Assembly (NCBI GenBank): GCA_964036045.1 | Contig: OZ038378.1 | Span: forward strand, 130,448,001 to 130,512,000 | Reading direction: 5' to 3' | From: Eutreptiella sp. 'Long Island Sound 2002' | Taxonomy: Eukaryota; Protista; Euglenida | Length of the DNA stretch: 64,000 nucleotides | Part shown: in pieces, positions 46,062-58,057 of the stretch | Position numbering within the stretch: the stretch's first letter is position 1 | Layout: every line of letters begins with the position of its first letter | Translations under genes and position numbers: made by a program | The notes under the pieces: model-generated | The model's database searches: none | What the model was told of the DNA's origin: nothing | The model's input: only the letters and a program-made list of their open reading frames with translations

Positions 46062-46312
46062 GTAGTCTGTAGACACTATGTACCCCATGTAGACATAGCC
46101 CACCCTAGGTAGACGCGGTGTGTTGTCGTAGACGTTCTCAATAGCTACCGCAGGATAGGAGTCTTGTTATTTAACGGGGGTATGGGGGCTGGCCACCGCG
46201 CCGAGCGCAGCAAGCTATAGGGTTTCAAGGCTTTGCGGTGAATAGGGGCGAGGCAGTGGATACTTTGTAGACACTTCTTGACCCAAGTAGACACTGCCTG
46301 CGGATTGTAGAC
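46062..46312 (+). repeat. Phased GTAGAC motif array
   Basis: GTAGAC at 46069, 46089, 46109, 46128 and 46267, 46287, 46307 (19-20-bp spacing). Confidence 0.75.
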
Positions 46313-48701
46313 GCTGCCTGCCTGTATGGGACGCAACGTGCCAATAGTCCGGCCCCCATCCGGAAAATGCGATGCTAAGAGCGTTTACCCGTGCTGAATA
46401 AGGCACATGGAAGGGGAAAGTACCCCCGGACCGGCGCCAAAGGCGCGGGACCGGGTGCCGGACGCTACCGGTGGGGGGCGGGGGGGCACGGAACGGGGGG
46501 GGGGGGGGCAGGGTTCACATAAGCCACATGTGTCTGTGTGTGTATGTATATATGGAGACCTTTGGATTGTGATGCTTCTGTTGCACGATGCTAGTGATAG
46601 TAGCAACCACACACACCACATCTATAGAGAGATTTGGTTGTTGTTACCCCCGGCCGGTAACGCTTAGTCACACCTATTCATCCTCACTATCTCTTTCCAT
46701 AGCTTCGTCACACTATTCAAGAGTATCAGCAATATGGGCGCAAATAAGAACCCGAGGAGGTGTCACAATGTCGGCATATGCCCATAAACGAGGGGGGGGG
46801 GGGTCAAACAGGCGGATATCCATGCACCGCGCGACATTTTTCCACCTCTTTCGCAATTTGTTTGACATATCGTGGAGTTTGATGGTATTCTTTCCCCCTT
46901 GCGATGGCTTTATTTCACACTTTCCAAAGATGTGTCCCTTTTTTCCAACTCGCTGGCTTTTGGTTTGTGCAATGAAGGGAAGTGAGGGACCCTAGGCCAA
47001 GATGGCTCTTCCACCTGTTGACGTGGCAAGCCGCCATGAATGTCCACAGGGTCATTTATCTAATATATCGCCACTTCCATGAATTTTGCCGGGGTAAAAA
47101 GCTGCCGATTTTTATGCTGAATCCATTGGGGCAGGTCCTAGTTTCTATCTCAACGACATGTTGGAGAAATTCTATTGCCTTCGGCAACTCCACCTCGCAC
47201 ACAATCTACCACAAGCAACAGCCACCCAAAAAAAGGGTAAAAACTACATAAATACGGGCTAAAACATGCTTTACATATCTTGAATGGTCATTTTAGGTGA
47301 TGACAATATCATAAAAAAGTTTCAGAAACTTCGATTTTTGAGCTGTATCCGCTAGACAAGTGCATCGGCAGGTTGTGTACCAATCCCATTTGACAGCCCC
47401 CCCAACCCACCCACCCAATAGCCAAATAGGGAGAAAATTACATACATCCGGCCCAAAGCATGCTTTACATACCTTGGATGATCATTTTGAATGATCGCGG
47501 TATCAAAAAAACAAGTTTGACAACTTTGATTTTTGAGCTGCCCAGGGTGAAAGGCTGCATAAGCGGGCTGTGCACCGGCCCATTCACTCATGCCATTATT
47601 GGTGGAAACAATCATTTCGTGTCTTTGGCACGGGATTTGACCGCCCTGCGGCAAGGCTACAAACTGCCAAAAAACATCTTTTCATATGGTTGTAGGCATA
47701 TATTGTCACCACATCCGCACTCACACCCCTCAGAGTGGGTAGCATGGGGCCACCGAGGTTGCCAACGCCAACATAGCAAAGATCGTTGAAAAAAAGATAA
47801 ACTCCATTAGCGCTCGTCCCACTCCGCCCCATACAAACCCCATGGAGTTGGGACCTCGAAACACTTTTTCGGCTCAAAATTGACAAATACCAAAAGATTT
47901 AGGCGATTCGACCCAAAAAAAAGGAGGGGGGTCATTTTTTCGACATTTTTGACCACCCCACCCCACCTCCCCCAAAACCTCAAAAAAGTGGTTTTCAAGT
48001 GGGGGAGGGTTTGGGGGGTCCGGACCAAAATCTCATTCGGGGATGCATTTTTTGGACAAAATAATGATTGTACAAGAGGTTGAACAAACGATTGAACCCC
48101 TGAGGTAGGGTACGCCAATAGGCCCTAAAACACCCAAAAAGGGGGGGTATGTGGCATTACCCCTATATACGGGCATGCGTGGCTTTTTTCTCACAACCTC
48201 TGCGAGGTGATTCACGAAGAATAGTCTCGTTGCCTACTTGGAACACCAACCGGTGGCTGGCCACCCGTGCATATTACACAATACTTCGTGAAGTTCTCCC
48301 ACACATGGTTGAGTTAGAAACTGAGACCAACACCAATGGGTTGGGCATGAAAACATGCATGTTTTTACCTCCTTACAAAATTGGATGTCGTGACAATATG
48401 CTGGAGAAATGACCCCCGAAAGCTCTCTGGGTATGTGCATGGTCTGCAGCAGACCGGCAGACTTGGGCCTCTGGCACCGAAACGAGTTTTCCATTTGGGC
48501 TAGCATTTTAGCACACCGTTAGTTGGACCCCCACTCAAATTTCGTTGAAAAGCCAAGAGTGAGCACTTGTCCGAAAGGTAAAACATCACCACGGAACCAT
48601 AGCTTTGAGCAATTGGCCCGGTCCGTGCAAAACGGCGGCTAGCACGAGGATTTACCCCTCTCCCCCCCTCCTTTTGGGACATATATATGTATATATTATC
48701 A

Positions 48702-49295
48702 CATATCTTTACTAATGTACCCACTTTCGTGGGTCACATGGTGAGTTTTGGGAGGGAAGTAGGGACCACCCCCCATTTTGGGGTGGGGAAAGACAAAAAA
48801 ACATTGGATGCTTGTTAGTGTGTGTTTGCCCCTATGAAGAGGCGGCGATGGCTAGAAATAGGGTACGACGTCATTACTAGTAGGATGCTAACTTGCACAC
48901 TAAGAATAGGTAAATTTGTGGTCCAAACCCCTATTGCTAGCCCTTTCCACCACAAATATTAGTTAGAGGGAGATCCAAATGAACAAGAGTACGTTAAAAT
49001 GTGCGAATTACTTTGTTATTGGCTAGATATAGGGGTGGTGTGGGGTAATTTTAGGATTTACTAGTTATTTTTAGTACGCAAATTAGGATCCACTTGGTAG
49101 TGCCGCCATACCCTATTTTCAGCCATCGCCGGCCCTTCATAGGGGCAAATACGCCCCAATCACCATCCAATTCACTTGTAAAACATGTTTTTTTTCTGTT
49201 TCCCGGTCCCAAAATAAGGGAGGGGGGGGAGCTACTTCCCTCCCAAAGCCCACCTTGTGACCTTGCACCCTACTGGGTACATTAGTAAAGATATG
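48702..49295. mobile_element. 594-bp MITE-like element, related to 42357-42958
   Basis: Perfect 22-bp TIR catatctttactaatgtaccca / tgggtacattagtaaagatatg plus ~170-bp imperfect arms. Shares the cataccctattt..aggggcaaatac motif with the 42-kb element. Confidence 0.8.
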
Positions 49296-49339
49296 CCACA
49301 TGTAGCATCCATTCTCTTTGCGCTCGTGTTCGACTGGGT

Positions 49340-52300
49340 CGTCACTCGTAATGCTTTGCTTTGTTCTTCTCCTCCCTCGACCCTGGACCCTGGACCCCGG
49401 ACCCTGAGCTGTGAGCTGTGTCCTCTGCGCTCTGCGCAATGTTCACCTCGCCCTTCGCCCTTTGCCTTTCGCCCAGTTTGTTGCTCACCGCACTATGGAC
49501 ACTGTACACTCCGTGTAACATCCAACCAATGAACATGTGAAACAGATCATACTGACCAAAGGCCCAACTAGCCCAACAACCATGTCGCCCTCACTCCTCA
49601 GTCAATACCTGTTCATAGTTCCCTGCTTGCCCTTTTTCACCGCGCTCTGTGCACACTCTGTAACATCCAACCAGTGAACATGTGAAACAGACAATACTGA
49701 TCAAAGGCCCAACTGGCCCAACAACCATGTCTCTGCCACTTTCAAGTCGGTATCTGTTCATTGCTCCTTGCTTGCCCCCTGTCGCCCTGGCCTCTCGCAC
49801 TCGGCCGCTTCCCCGTGGAACATACACAGCCCAACATGCGAAAGTGATCATACTGATCAAAGGCCGAACTGGCCCAACAACCAGCTTGTCCCTCACTCAC
49901 TGATGATTATTGGTGACGACAACGAGACCTGAGATGAGTCGCTGTCCATCCTTTCATCATCACTCCTCTCTGCAGCCGGCTCTGACGCCAAAGAAAAATT
50001 TGAGGCTGCACCCGTGTCCGCCGTTGACAAAATCTCAACGGTCGAATCCAACACCATCTGGATCCGTTGTCGCTGCAGCGCGTCTACCATTGCGCCCTGA
50101 AACAGCTCCTGCACTGCCTTTTCCGCCGCTGCTGGCAGCGACCACGGAAACGCATCGACCGCTCCTCCTTGCATTTGTGTGTGCACCCCCCCCCCCCCCA
50201 TGCCTCTCGCGGTGTCTTGCCTAGCATAAGTTCATTAGGTTGCAGTAGCCTGTCCTGCATGGACGAAGTCGGAATGTTCTGGACAGCTGCATTCCAACAG
50301 AAAACGGTCAGCGGCGCACATCTTGGCACTGTAATTAACAGCCACGTAATCGCACGGAGCAGTTGGTGCTCTGAAGACATCGTCACCTGTGTGGCGTCCG
50401 CATGTTTGGTGACCCCCCCATCCCCCACAGCACCGCATATCCCCTGGGCTGGCTTAGCCCGAACGCCCGCAGGCGTGTTGGATTGCGTGTTGTGACCAAT
50501 GAGCCTCTGTCCTGAAATCTGGCTTGCACCGCCGGCACCTCTGCCTCGAGGGGCATGTCTCCATCCGCCGTGCGAAAGCAAAGCTGCTGAGTTTGCAGCC
50601 GAAGTGACACCCGTGTGCTGAGTTCCAGAGTATCGGACCGCGGGATTGAGGGGTCGTGCTCTACCGCCCATGCCCCGAGAATACCGTGCAGCCGGGCCAG
50701 CACCCTGCCTGGATCCGGCCGCACGCGCCCAAAGACCACGTCACAACGATGCTTCCAGCGTGCCAAAAGCACCGCCCACATGAAAAGACCAACATGCGTG
50801 TTCAATGAAAGCTGGTGCAAGTCCCTGCAAATGCGCGAAGGGTCCGCCCATGAGTGCTTGTAGAATCGTAGCGACCAAGAAACCCTGGCTGAGGCAATCC
50901 CGCCCTATAGAAAGGGGCACGACTTCAACGCACGATGGTGATCCTCTCCACCTCCGCACAGCGCACAGACCGCCGTTGGAGCCCGACGGCACAGCAGCAT
51001 GCGGACTGAGACCTCAAGCTTCCGCCATAGTGCCTTGTGCACAAAAACCTGCAGCCTGGTCGGCAAACGCAACTTAGCAAAGGCATCCCAAACTCCCAGG
51101 GCTCGGCGGCCCTCAAACTCTGCTGCTGGCGCGCAGCCCGCTAATAGTTCCCGCATCGACCAGGACTCCAGCTCTGGCAATGTTCTGCCCGGTATTTGCA
51201 CCCCTGTTCCGTTCTTGATCCCCAAGGCCATAAACGTCAACCGCCTCTCGTAAAGATCCCTGAATGATGTCGCAATCTTAGCCAGCGCACGTGCATGAAT
51301 ATCCCCATTGGGGGAATGGATGTCCCCCACTGTCAATACTCGCGCCTTGGATAACGCTTTGCACAAACACGGCCTGCCTTGGGCCGTCAAAAACACTCTG
51401 AAGCACCACAGTGCTTTTCACCGTACACAGTTCCGTGGGATCCACGGCCCTTGCATAGCCTTACCAAAGTGTGAATACGCCGCCGCGGACGTCATCAACG
51501 TCGGCGCGCCCTGCTTGGGCTTGCGATGGCGGCAAATGAGCAGCTGCTGATACCGGGTATCCGGAATTTTCCTTCGGTGGGTCATAGCCTGTTTCATCTC
51601 CTCCCACAGGGTCGTGTGCACGGGCCCCGGTTTTCTGAGATACTCCACGTACAAGCACGAGTGCGCCCACAATGCATAATCCGAAGCACACCTAATCTAC
51701 ACCCCTCCCCTGTCCTTTGACTGCATCATTTGTGCCACTGGGAGACCCCACGGCTTGACCCCCAGTGCCCAGCGCATGCACGCATCCATCTGCCGACGCA
51801 CGACATCCGTCAGGTAGAAAAGGGTGGCTACATAGAAGAGGGTAGGGAAGGTTCACACCCGCAGGACTTCCACCTTTTGCGCTAACGTAAGCGGTAGCGT
51901 GGCGATAAGCACCGTCTTGTCGCGGAATGCTCTCAACGTTTTGGCAAAGTGATCGTCAAATGAAACGTTTCCCAGCCATGTGCGAAGATGTTCCACCCTC
52001 CGGACCACTTTAATGCCCTGATGTTCCCCCTTGGCTTTCAAATCCGCTTCCTCGAAAGATCACCGCTGTGGTAATAGTTTGCATTTGTGCATATTCAATT
52101 TATACCCTGAGACCAGAGTATATTGGTACAGAACCTCTCTCACTCGTTTCGGTCTGACTAGTTCTTGGCTGCGACCGCCTGGTATCCAGATCAGCGTATC
52201 GTCTGCATAAAGATATGGCACCGCTTCACGGCACTTCTTTTGCAGGTCGTCCACCAAGAGCGTTGTCTGCAACGTGAACAAGTTGGTGACAATGTGTCGC

Positions 52301-52386
52301 CCTGCTTGATCCCACATTTTGGCTATAAGACGTCGTCTGCCAACATTGGACCGACCAAGAACTTGAGCTCACTGCCGAGAAGGTCC
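49340..52386 (-). mobile_element. LINE-A: 3' part of a decayed L1/Tx1-like LINE (RT end, zf-RVT-like domain, 3' repeats)
   Basis: YLYADDTLIW..YKLNMHKC; VEHLRTWLG; WDAFAKLRLPTRLQVFVHKALWRKLEV..CALCGGGEDHHRALKSCPF. Three ~150-170-bp repeats at 49500-49900. Cut at the YR-element repeat. Confidence 0.88.
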
Positions 52387-52599
52387 CCCTGTACGTTGTA
52401 TTGAAGTTCCGATGGAGTATGTCGGTAGCAGGGACGCGAACAGTCACAGCCATAGCTGTAGTCTGGACTGTAGGTTGCTTTTCTTTCCCTGTGCAGTCTG
52501 TTTTTCATTTTTACATGAGCAGACAGGCCCAGTCGGAGGCATCCCGCGACTACGGGTGCCTTTCTCATGCCGTGGGAGCGTCAACAGTTCGCCAACGTG

Positions 52600-53600
52600 G
52601 AGAAGTGGTCGGGAACGACGATGACCAGACCGGCCGACCGGGATATCAGGACGCGGGAGAAGCCGGGCCGCGCCGCGGTGGGCCTCGTGACGGCGACGGT
52701 GGAGTGATCATGGGCAACGTTGATGGCGGCCTGCCCCAAGCCCAGCCCGGTGGGGGCAATTGGGAGCGCGAGCGTTGATGCGAAGGCAGCAAGAACCAGG
52801 GGAGGCACGGTGCGGATGTGCCCTGTAACCCCCCCGCAATGACACAAGCGGATGATGCCCGCGAAGCAGGCCAGCCCGGAGATGGACCCTGTGGTGATGA
52901 AGGTGAGGGACTCACTGGAGCAGACGACAGCCCCGCCCCGGCCCAGTCCGGTAACGACGACTGCGGGCGGTGGTGGGGATGCAGCGCCCGCAGGAGCACA
53001 AGAGAACTATGTACAAAAGTGCCCGGTGACCCCCGCGTGGCGGCAAACGCCAGCGGTTCCCGCGAAGCAGGCCAGAATGGTGGTGGAATTCGCTGTGCAG
53101 ACGGTGCGAGGCTCGCTGGGTCTAGCCTCCCTCGGTCCCGGTCGAGTAGCGCCGGCTGCTGGCGAGGGCAGGGGTGCAGCGGCGGCAGGAGAACAGTAGA
53201 ACTGGGTATGGAGGTACCTGGTGGCCCCACATCGGCGACACACACCGGTGTATCCCGCAAAGCAGGCCGACCGGGCGATGGAATCCACTGTGACGACGGT
53301 GAGAGGCTCGCTAGGTATGGCCTCCCTTGGACCCGGTCCAGTGGCGACGGCTGATGGCAAGGGCGGGGAGCAGCGGCGGCAGGAGCGCAGGAGAGTTGGG
53401 TACGGACGTGACTGGTGGCCCCACGACGGCGACACACGCAGACGGGGCATCGGTAACCACTTGCTAGGGGAATAGCCTACACCCTTGCTCGCCAAGCGCG
53501 ATGCGTGCTTATTCGGGCGGGGTCTGGCAGCCCCGGGGGTACAGCAGCAGCGGGAGCACGGAAAAGCTGGGCACGGAGGTGCCTGGTAGCCCCCTTGTGG
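52600..53600 (+). repeat. ~195-201-bp GC-rich tandem repeats (4-5 diverged copies) at the 5' of the YR element
   Basis: cccgc(g/a)aagcaggcc at 52858, 53059, 53254; gcggcggcaggag..ctggtggcccc recurs. Confidence 0.85.
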
Positions 53601-53820
53601 CAGGGGAAGATGATTTTGGGGGTGTGGACTGTGCGGCTGAGGAAGAGCTCGTGGAATGGTGGCATGATCAAGAGGAAGGTTGGGACTCGGATACGGTACT
53701 GGATGAGTGGGACAGTTTGCGGGCTGGTGACGGCTTCACTGAGGTACACAAGACGGTGTTCTTCCCGGAAAGTGTAGACGAGCGGCCACTGGACCCGGAG
53801 GGGCAAAGTCGGTTTGGGAT

Positions 53821-55068
53821 CGTCACGTTCTATTGCGTGACCTACGTGGAGCCGTGCACCAGGTGCCAGTGCAACTAGACAAGGACTACAGGCAGTTTGC
53901 GGCATGGTGTCCTGAACAGCGTGAGCACGTCATCTTCATCGCAGGGGCTACGGTGTTGGTGAGGAATGTGAGCCTACGAGACCTCGGTGTCGCACCTGGG
54001 ATGCTGCTGGAGATGAGGGCCCGTCTAACGGGGGGAGCTGGGGACTCACACCCGCTGGCGGCGCTGGCCGTCTTCCGTGTGCAGAACCACGAAACCTGGA
54101 GGGAGTATTTGGCCGGATCGCCGACGACAGCCGGGGCATTGACACGTGCCGTAGAGAAGATGATAGGCAGGTTTGCAGGCAACTTGCCTTATCTGTTGAC
54201 AGACGTCAGCGTCAACCGCCAAGGGCTCGAGCCGGAGCATATGTGGAAGTTGCTGGGATGTTTTGAAACGTATGCAGGTGCCCCGTCGGACTTCTCCGTG
54301 ATGAGATGCGTGCAGGTACGCCGCGAGGAGTATCACGACCCTGATGACTTGGATGCGTTGCAGGAGGCCCGCACAGAGTACGACGAGGTGGAGCATCAGC
54401 TCCGGTTGGACGGAGCGAACAGAAAGGAGCATGACGAGAACCTACGAGAGCTCGACAGTAGCGACGAGGAGGAGAGCCCGTACGAGGTCCTGAACCTGGA
54501 GAACGTGCGCAAAATCAGGAAACGGCCGGGTGCACCCAAATGGAGATTGAGACTCATCAAGGCCCTTCGTGACTTCCTGCAGCAGCCAGAAAGGGCGGAC
54601 GAGCACCGCCTGGCAAATGCCATATGGGACGTCATGCGCAAGATGGATCACCAAGGGGGTGCTTACTTAAAGGAAGAATGGAAGAAGAAGCACAAGAAAG
54701 AAAAGAAGAAGCGCCACAGGGAACGCAAGAAGGCGAAAAAGGCAGGCCACAAGAACAAGAAGGGTAGAAGGCACAAGTCGAGGAATAGTGACTCCTCCAG
54801 TGGAACTACGAGCGAGTCCAGTGACAGCTCGGACAGCTCGTCATCCTCCCAGTCCAGTGGCAATAGTGGATGTCAAAAGGCTACACAGCCATCAAACGCC
54901 GGACGCAAGGGAAAGGTGGAAATCCGGGTCGTGGACGGGCGACGCGAGTTTTGGTCCAAGAAGAGCCACAGGTGGATCGACTGTACCAACCCGCCAGAGG
55001 TGCCATGCCCCAAGTGTGGACAGCAGCACTGGTACCACGAGGCCGAGGCCTTTGGCTGTGGGGCCTGA
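53821..55068 (+). CDS. YR-element gag-like ORF with an N-terminal ubiquitin-like domain, K/S-rich region and C-terminal CxxC-H motif
   Basis: RHVLLRDLRGAVHQVPV..HVIFIAGATVL..SLRDLGV..LLEMRARLTGG, then a helical region, then CPKCGQQHWYHEAEAFGC. The true start is uncertain (probable upstream frameshift). Confidence 0.7.
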   Translation, partial: RHVLLRDLRGAVHQVPVQLDKDYRQFAAWCPEQREHVIFIAGATVLVRNVSLRDLGVAPGMLLEMRARLTGGAGDSHPLAALAVFRVQNHETWREYLAGSPTTAGALTRAVEKMIGRFAGNLPYLLTDVSVNRQGLEPEHMWKLLGCFETYAGAPSDFSVMRCVQVRREEYHDPDDLDALQEARTEYDEVEHQLRLDGANRKEHDENLRELDSSDEEESPYEVLNLENVRKIRKRPGAPKWRLRLIKALRDFLQQPERADEHRLANAIWDVMRKMDHQGGAYLKEEWKKKHKKEKKKRHRERKKAKKAGHKNKKGRRHKSRNSDSSSGTTSESSDSSDSSSSSQSSGNSGCQKATQPSNAGRKGKVEIRVVDGRREFWSKKSHRWIDCTNPPEVPCPKCGQQHWYHEAEAFGCGA

Positions 55069-55069
55069 C

Positions 55070-56344
55070 TACGGGAGCAGAGGGGGGGGGGCGTTGGATG
55101 AGGTGGATAGAGGGGCTCGGGGACTCCGTGAGGCTGTGCAGAAGTACGTGGATGTCATCGAATCGGAGCGTGGGCAGTCGTGGCTCTCGGCAGCGGCACA
55201 TGCCCTGGAAGGCAGCACCACGAAGGGGTACGCGGCGGCACTCTGGAGGCTACGGAAGCGAAGTCGGGAGCAGTCTGGGGCGAGCCCACACAAAGTTGCG
55301 GAGTTGGAGATCAAGGAAATGGTGGCAAGTGCGAACGCGGAGGGGAGCCTCAAAAAGTTATTGTCCGCGCGCAGACAATTGGACAAGTTACGGCTTCATC
55401 CCAGGATTGTGGAGACAGGTGGCTGGCAGGTGGTCAAGTGGTTGGCCAAGCGACGGGTACAGGGCGAGTCAGCCCTGGTACGCCGGGCGCCGATGGACTT
55501 TTTCGTCTGGCTGCCGGCGCAGGTTGTGGACCTGGCAAGCGCCGAAATCGTGGTGTTGGCCTGCATCAGCGTGGCATGCCTGCTACGAGTGGGAGAGGCG
55601 GCTACAATACGCACCAGTGCACGTGGGGACGTCCGGTTCAACGGCGAAAAAGGACGACCAGGCATCTGGGATGTGGAGGTGGGTCCGTGGACGAATTGGT
55701 GGGTGCTGTTCCTTTGGGAAATGAGACGGCTCAAGCACGGGCGTGCCGACTTGCCCTTTTCCTTCCAGGACGCGGCGTAGTTACAGGCAGGATGGAAAAA
55801 GATTGTTGGAGGGTCGGATTTTGAAGGGTACAGGTGGCATGCCCTGCGCAGGTGTGGAGCGGCAGTCCTGTGGTTCTGGGGCGCCCACATCCAGACAATC
55901 ATGCTCGCGGGGGGATGGGTCACCCCTAGTGTCGCCAAAGATTACTGCCACCCCACGCACGCGTGGTCTTGCGAAAGAAGGATGCAGCTCCCGGTTCCGG
56001 TGGACTGGTTGGGAGGGGGGACAGGCAGTGCGTTCCAATACAGGTCAGAAGAACGACTTGGGGACAGTCTATGGGCGCGATGGATCCGAGCGGATCTGCG
56101 AGACGGTGCACCTCAGGGATGCCCTGGGACTCAGGCGAGTGAGGTCGGCACCAAGAGAAGCAAAAGAAGCAAATCCAGTCTTCCCGATCCCCTGCGCGGG
56201 TCAATAGTAGCTGCTAGCCTCCTTAGCGCCAGTAGCCCTCCTGCCACAAGGCCCTCTGGCCTACGCGGGACATCCGGCAAGTCGCATCAGTCTCTCCACT
56301 TGCCTGCCGAAGATCTCCAATTCGTCACCGGTCACACTCCATGA
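55070..56344 (+). pseudogene. Tyrosine recombinase with one in-frame TAG (55778-55780)
   Basis: CLLRVGEA (R); WHALRRCGAA (HxxR); GGW..AKDY (W, catalytic Y). In frame across the stop. Confidence 0.9.
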
Positions 56345-58057
56345 ACCGGTACTCTCCTTCGTTGCTGGACTCGCTGTCGTACTCCGCGCGCGGCACCCTG
56401 GTGGGCTCCAGGGTGACGCAGGCCCTGGCGACCATCTGGGAGGAGGGCCTCAGTCAAGCGTCTGAGGAGTCATACTATGATGATGAAGAGTTGGAGCCAG
56501 TGAGCCTGCAGCTTGCAAGGCAAGGGATCGGAGACGTGGTAAAGGCTAAGATGGCGAATACTATTTGGCGGCGTTGCGTGCCGGGGGACCTGCTGCGTAT
56601 GTACCAAGCATGGGATAAGAAGTATGCCAGTGGTATACCAATGGTGGACAGCCCGGCCGTGGGTGACATGCTGAGCTCTATTCGCGAGGCGGGACCTCTG
56701 AAGAGGTGCAGCGAAACCAGAGGTACCAGCAAAGCAAGGGTCATTCCTAAGAACTCAGAGAAGTGTGCGCTCATTTTCGCGTGTGTTGGGTTGAACGACG
56801 CTGACTGGTGTAAACCGCCAAAATTCCGTTTGCCCGAGGTTTAACAGGTGACTCGCCTGATGACGACTGCGGGACATAAGGCATTTCTCGGGAAAATTGA
56901 CCCGAGCAATTGCTTTTGGTCTATTCGCATGCCGTACCGGTGGTGTCGGGTTTTCCGTGTGAGCACGCCCCAGGGATGTTTCCGTTGGCTTACTCTGCCC
57001 TTTGGGTGGAAATACTCGCCTCTACTTTGCCAAAAGCTTGTTTCCGCGCTTGTCCGAAGAGCCCTGTGTGACTTACGGGCGAGGGGAGTCACATACGTGG
57101 ATGACGTCCTAGTGTCTGCCGTGGGTAGAAACCGTCTGCGCGCTGCTGTGCGCCGCGTGAGCCGTGTTTTGGGCCGGGCAGGATTCCTGATTAGCCCTAA
57201 CAGTGTGATTGAACCTGTCCGGACTTTGGATTTTATTGGGAAGCAATTTTCTGCTGCTACCATGACTGTTGAGAATAAGCCCGGGGTTATTGGTGGGGTT
57301 GTTGCACTCTGGCTTTTCGGCATTGTCCAAAACAAGCTAAGCGCTCGGTTGGCTGCCAGACTGTTGGGCAAGCTTGAGTGGGCTGTGCGGCCCAATGCGG
57401 GACTGGCCCCATTTGTTGCGGGGGGACACCGTTGAAAGTTGAACGATTTTTGTGATTTTAGAAGAGGCGTGCGTAGGGCGATGATGACTGCCGTTGCCTT
57501 TGCCCTAACCCCACAGTGCTTTGCACCTTGGCCCCGGTTGCCTCAGCTGCGTGCGGCAGAGTGTGTTTTCTTCACTGATGCCGCTGAGAGGAGTACAAGG
57601 GGCAGGTACAGGATTGGGATTGTGCGGGAGGGCAGCCGGTGGCTCAGCCGTAAGGCACCAAAGTGGATCAATACTTTGCAGCAAGCAGAGTTGTATGCTG
57701 CAGTTTATGCTCTGCGCTTGGGTTGCTATATGCGCTTGCCGTATGTGGTAGTTGCCACTGACACTGACGTCGGTAGAGCGCAGATTTTGGGTATGTGTGG
57801 GGGTATTTTTTTTGCGCAGCCAGCAGAGACTGCTTCGTCAGCTGTTCTGGCTCAGGAGCTGGAATGATCGCCCTCTGGGCGTTTTCAGGGTGAGCACGGA
57901 TTTGGATCTTGCAGACCCGCCTAGTAGGTTGGCATCCCTTCACACGCACAGTGATGTCACTGACAGTGTTAGGCGCCTGTGGGCAGCTTGGAAAGGTAAG
58001 CCGAGTCGCTTTGTTTGTCTTGAATTTCTCCCGAGGTTTGCATGGCGTTTGCGATGA
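56341..58057 (+). pseudogene. DIRS-type RT and RNase H with in-frame TAA (56842) and TGA (57433) and a late frameshift
   Basis: ARVIPKN; KIDPSNCFWSI; LPFGWKYSP; TYVDDVLV; LDFIG; FFTDAA..QQAELYA..VATDTDV. The start overlaps the YR stop (ATGA, 56341-56344). Confidence 0.92.

Noticed and set aside
55778-57435. In-frame TAG, TAA and TGA in YR/RT/RH as stop-codon reassignment or selenocysteine recoding
   Set aside because: Three different stops plus frameshifts in the same element, two of them plausibly from TGG. The long PLE ORFs contain no in-frame stops. Ordinary decay explains it.
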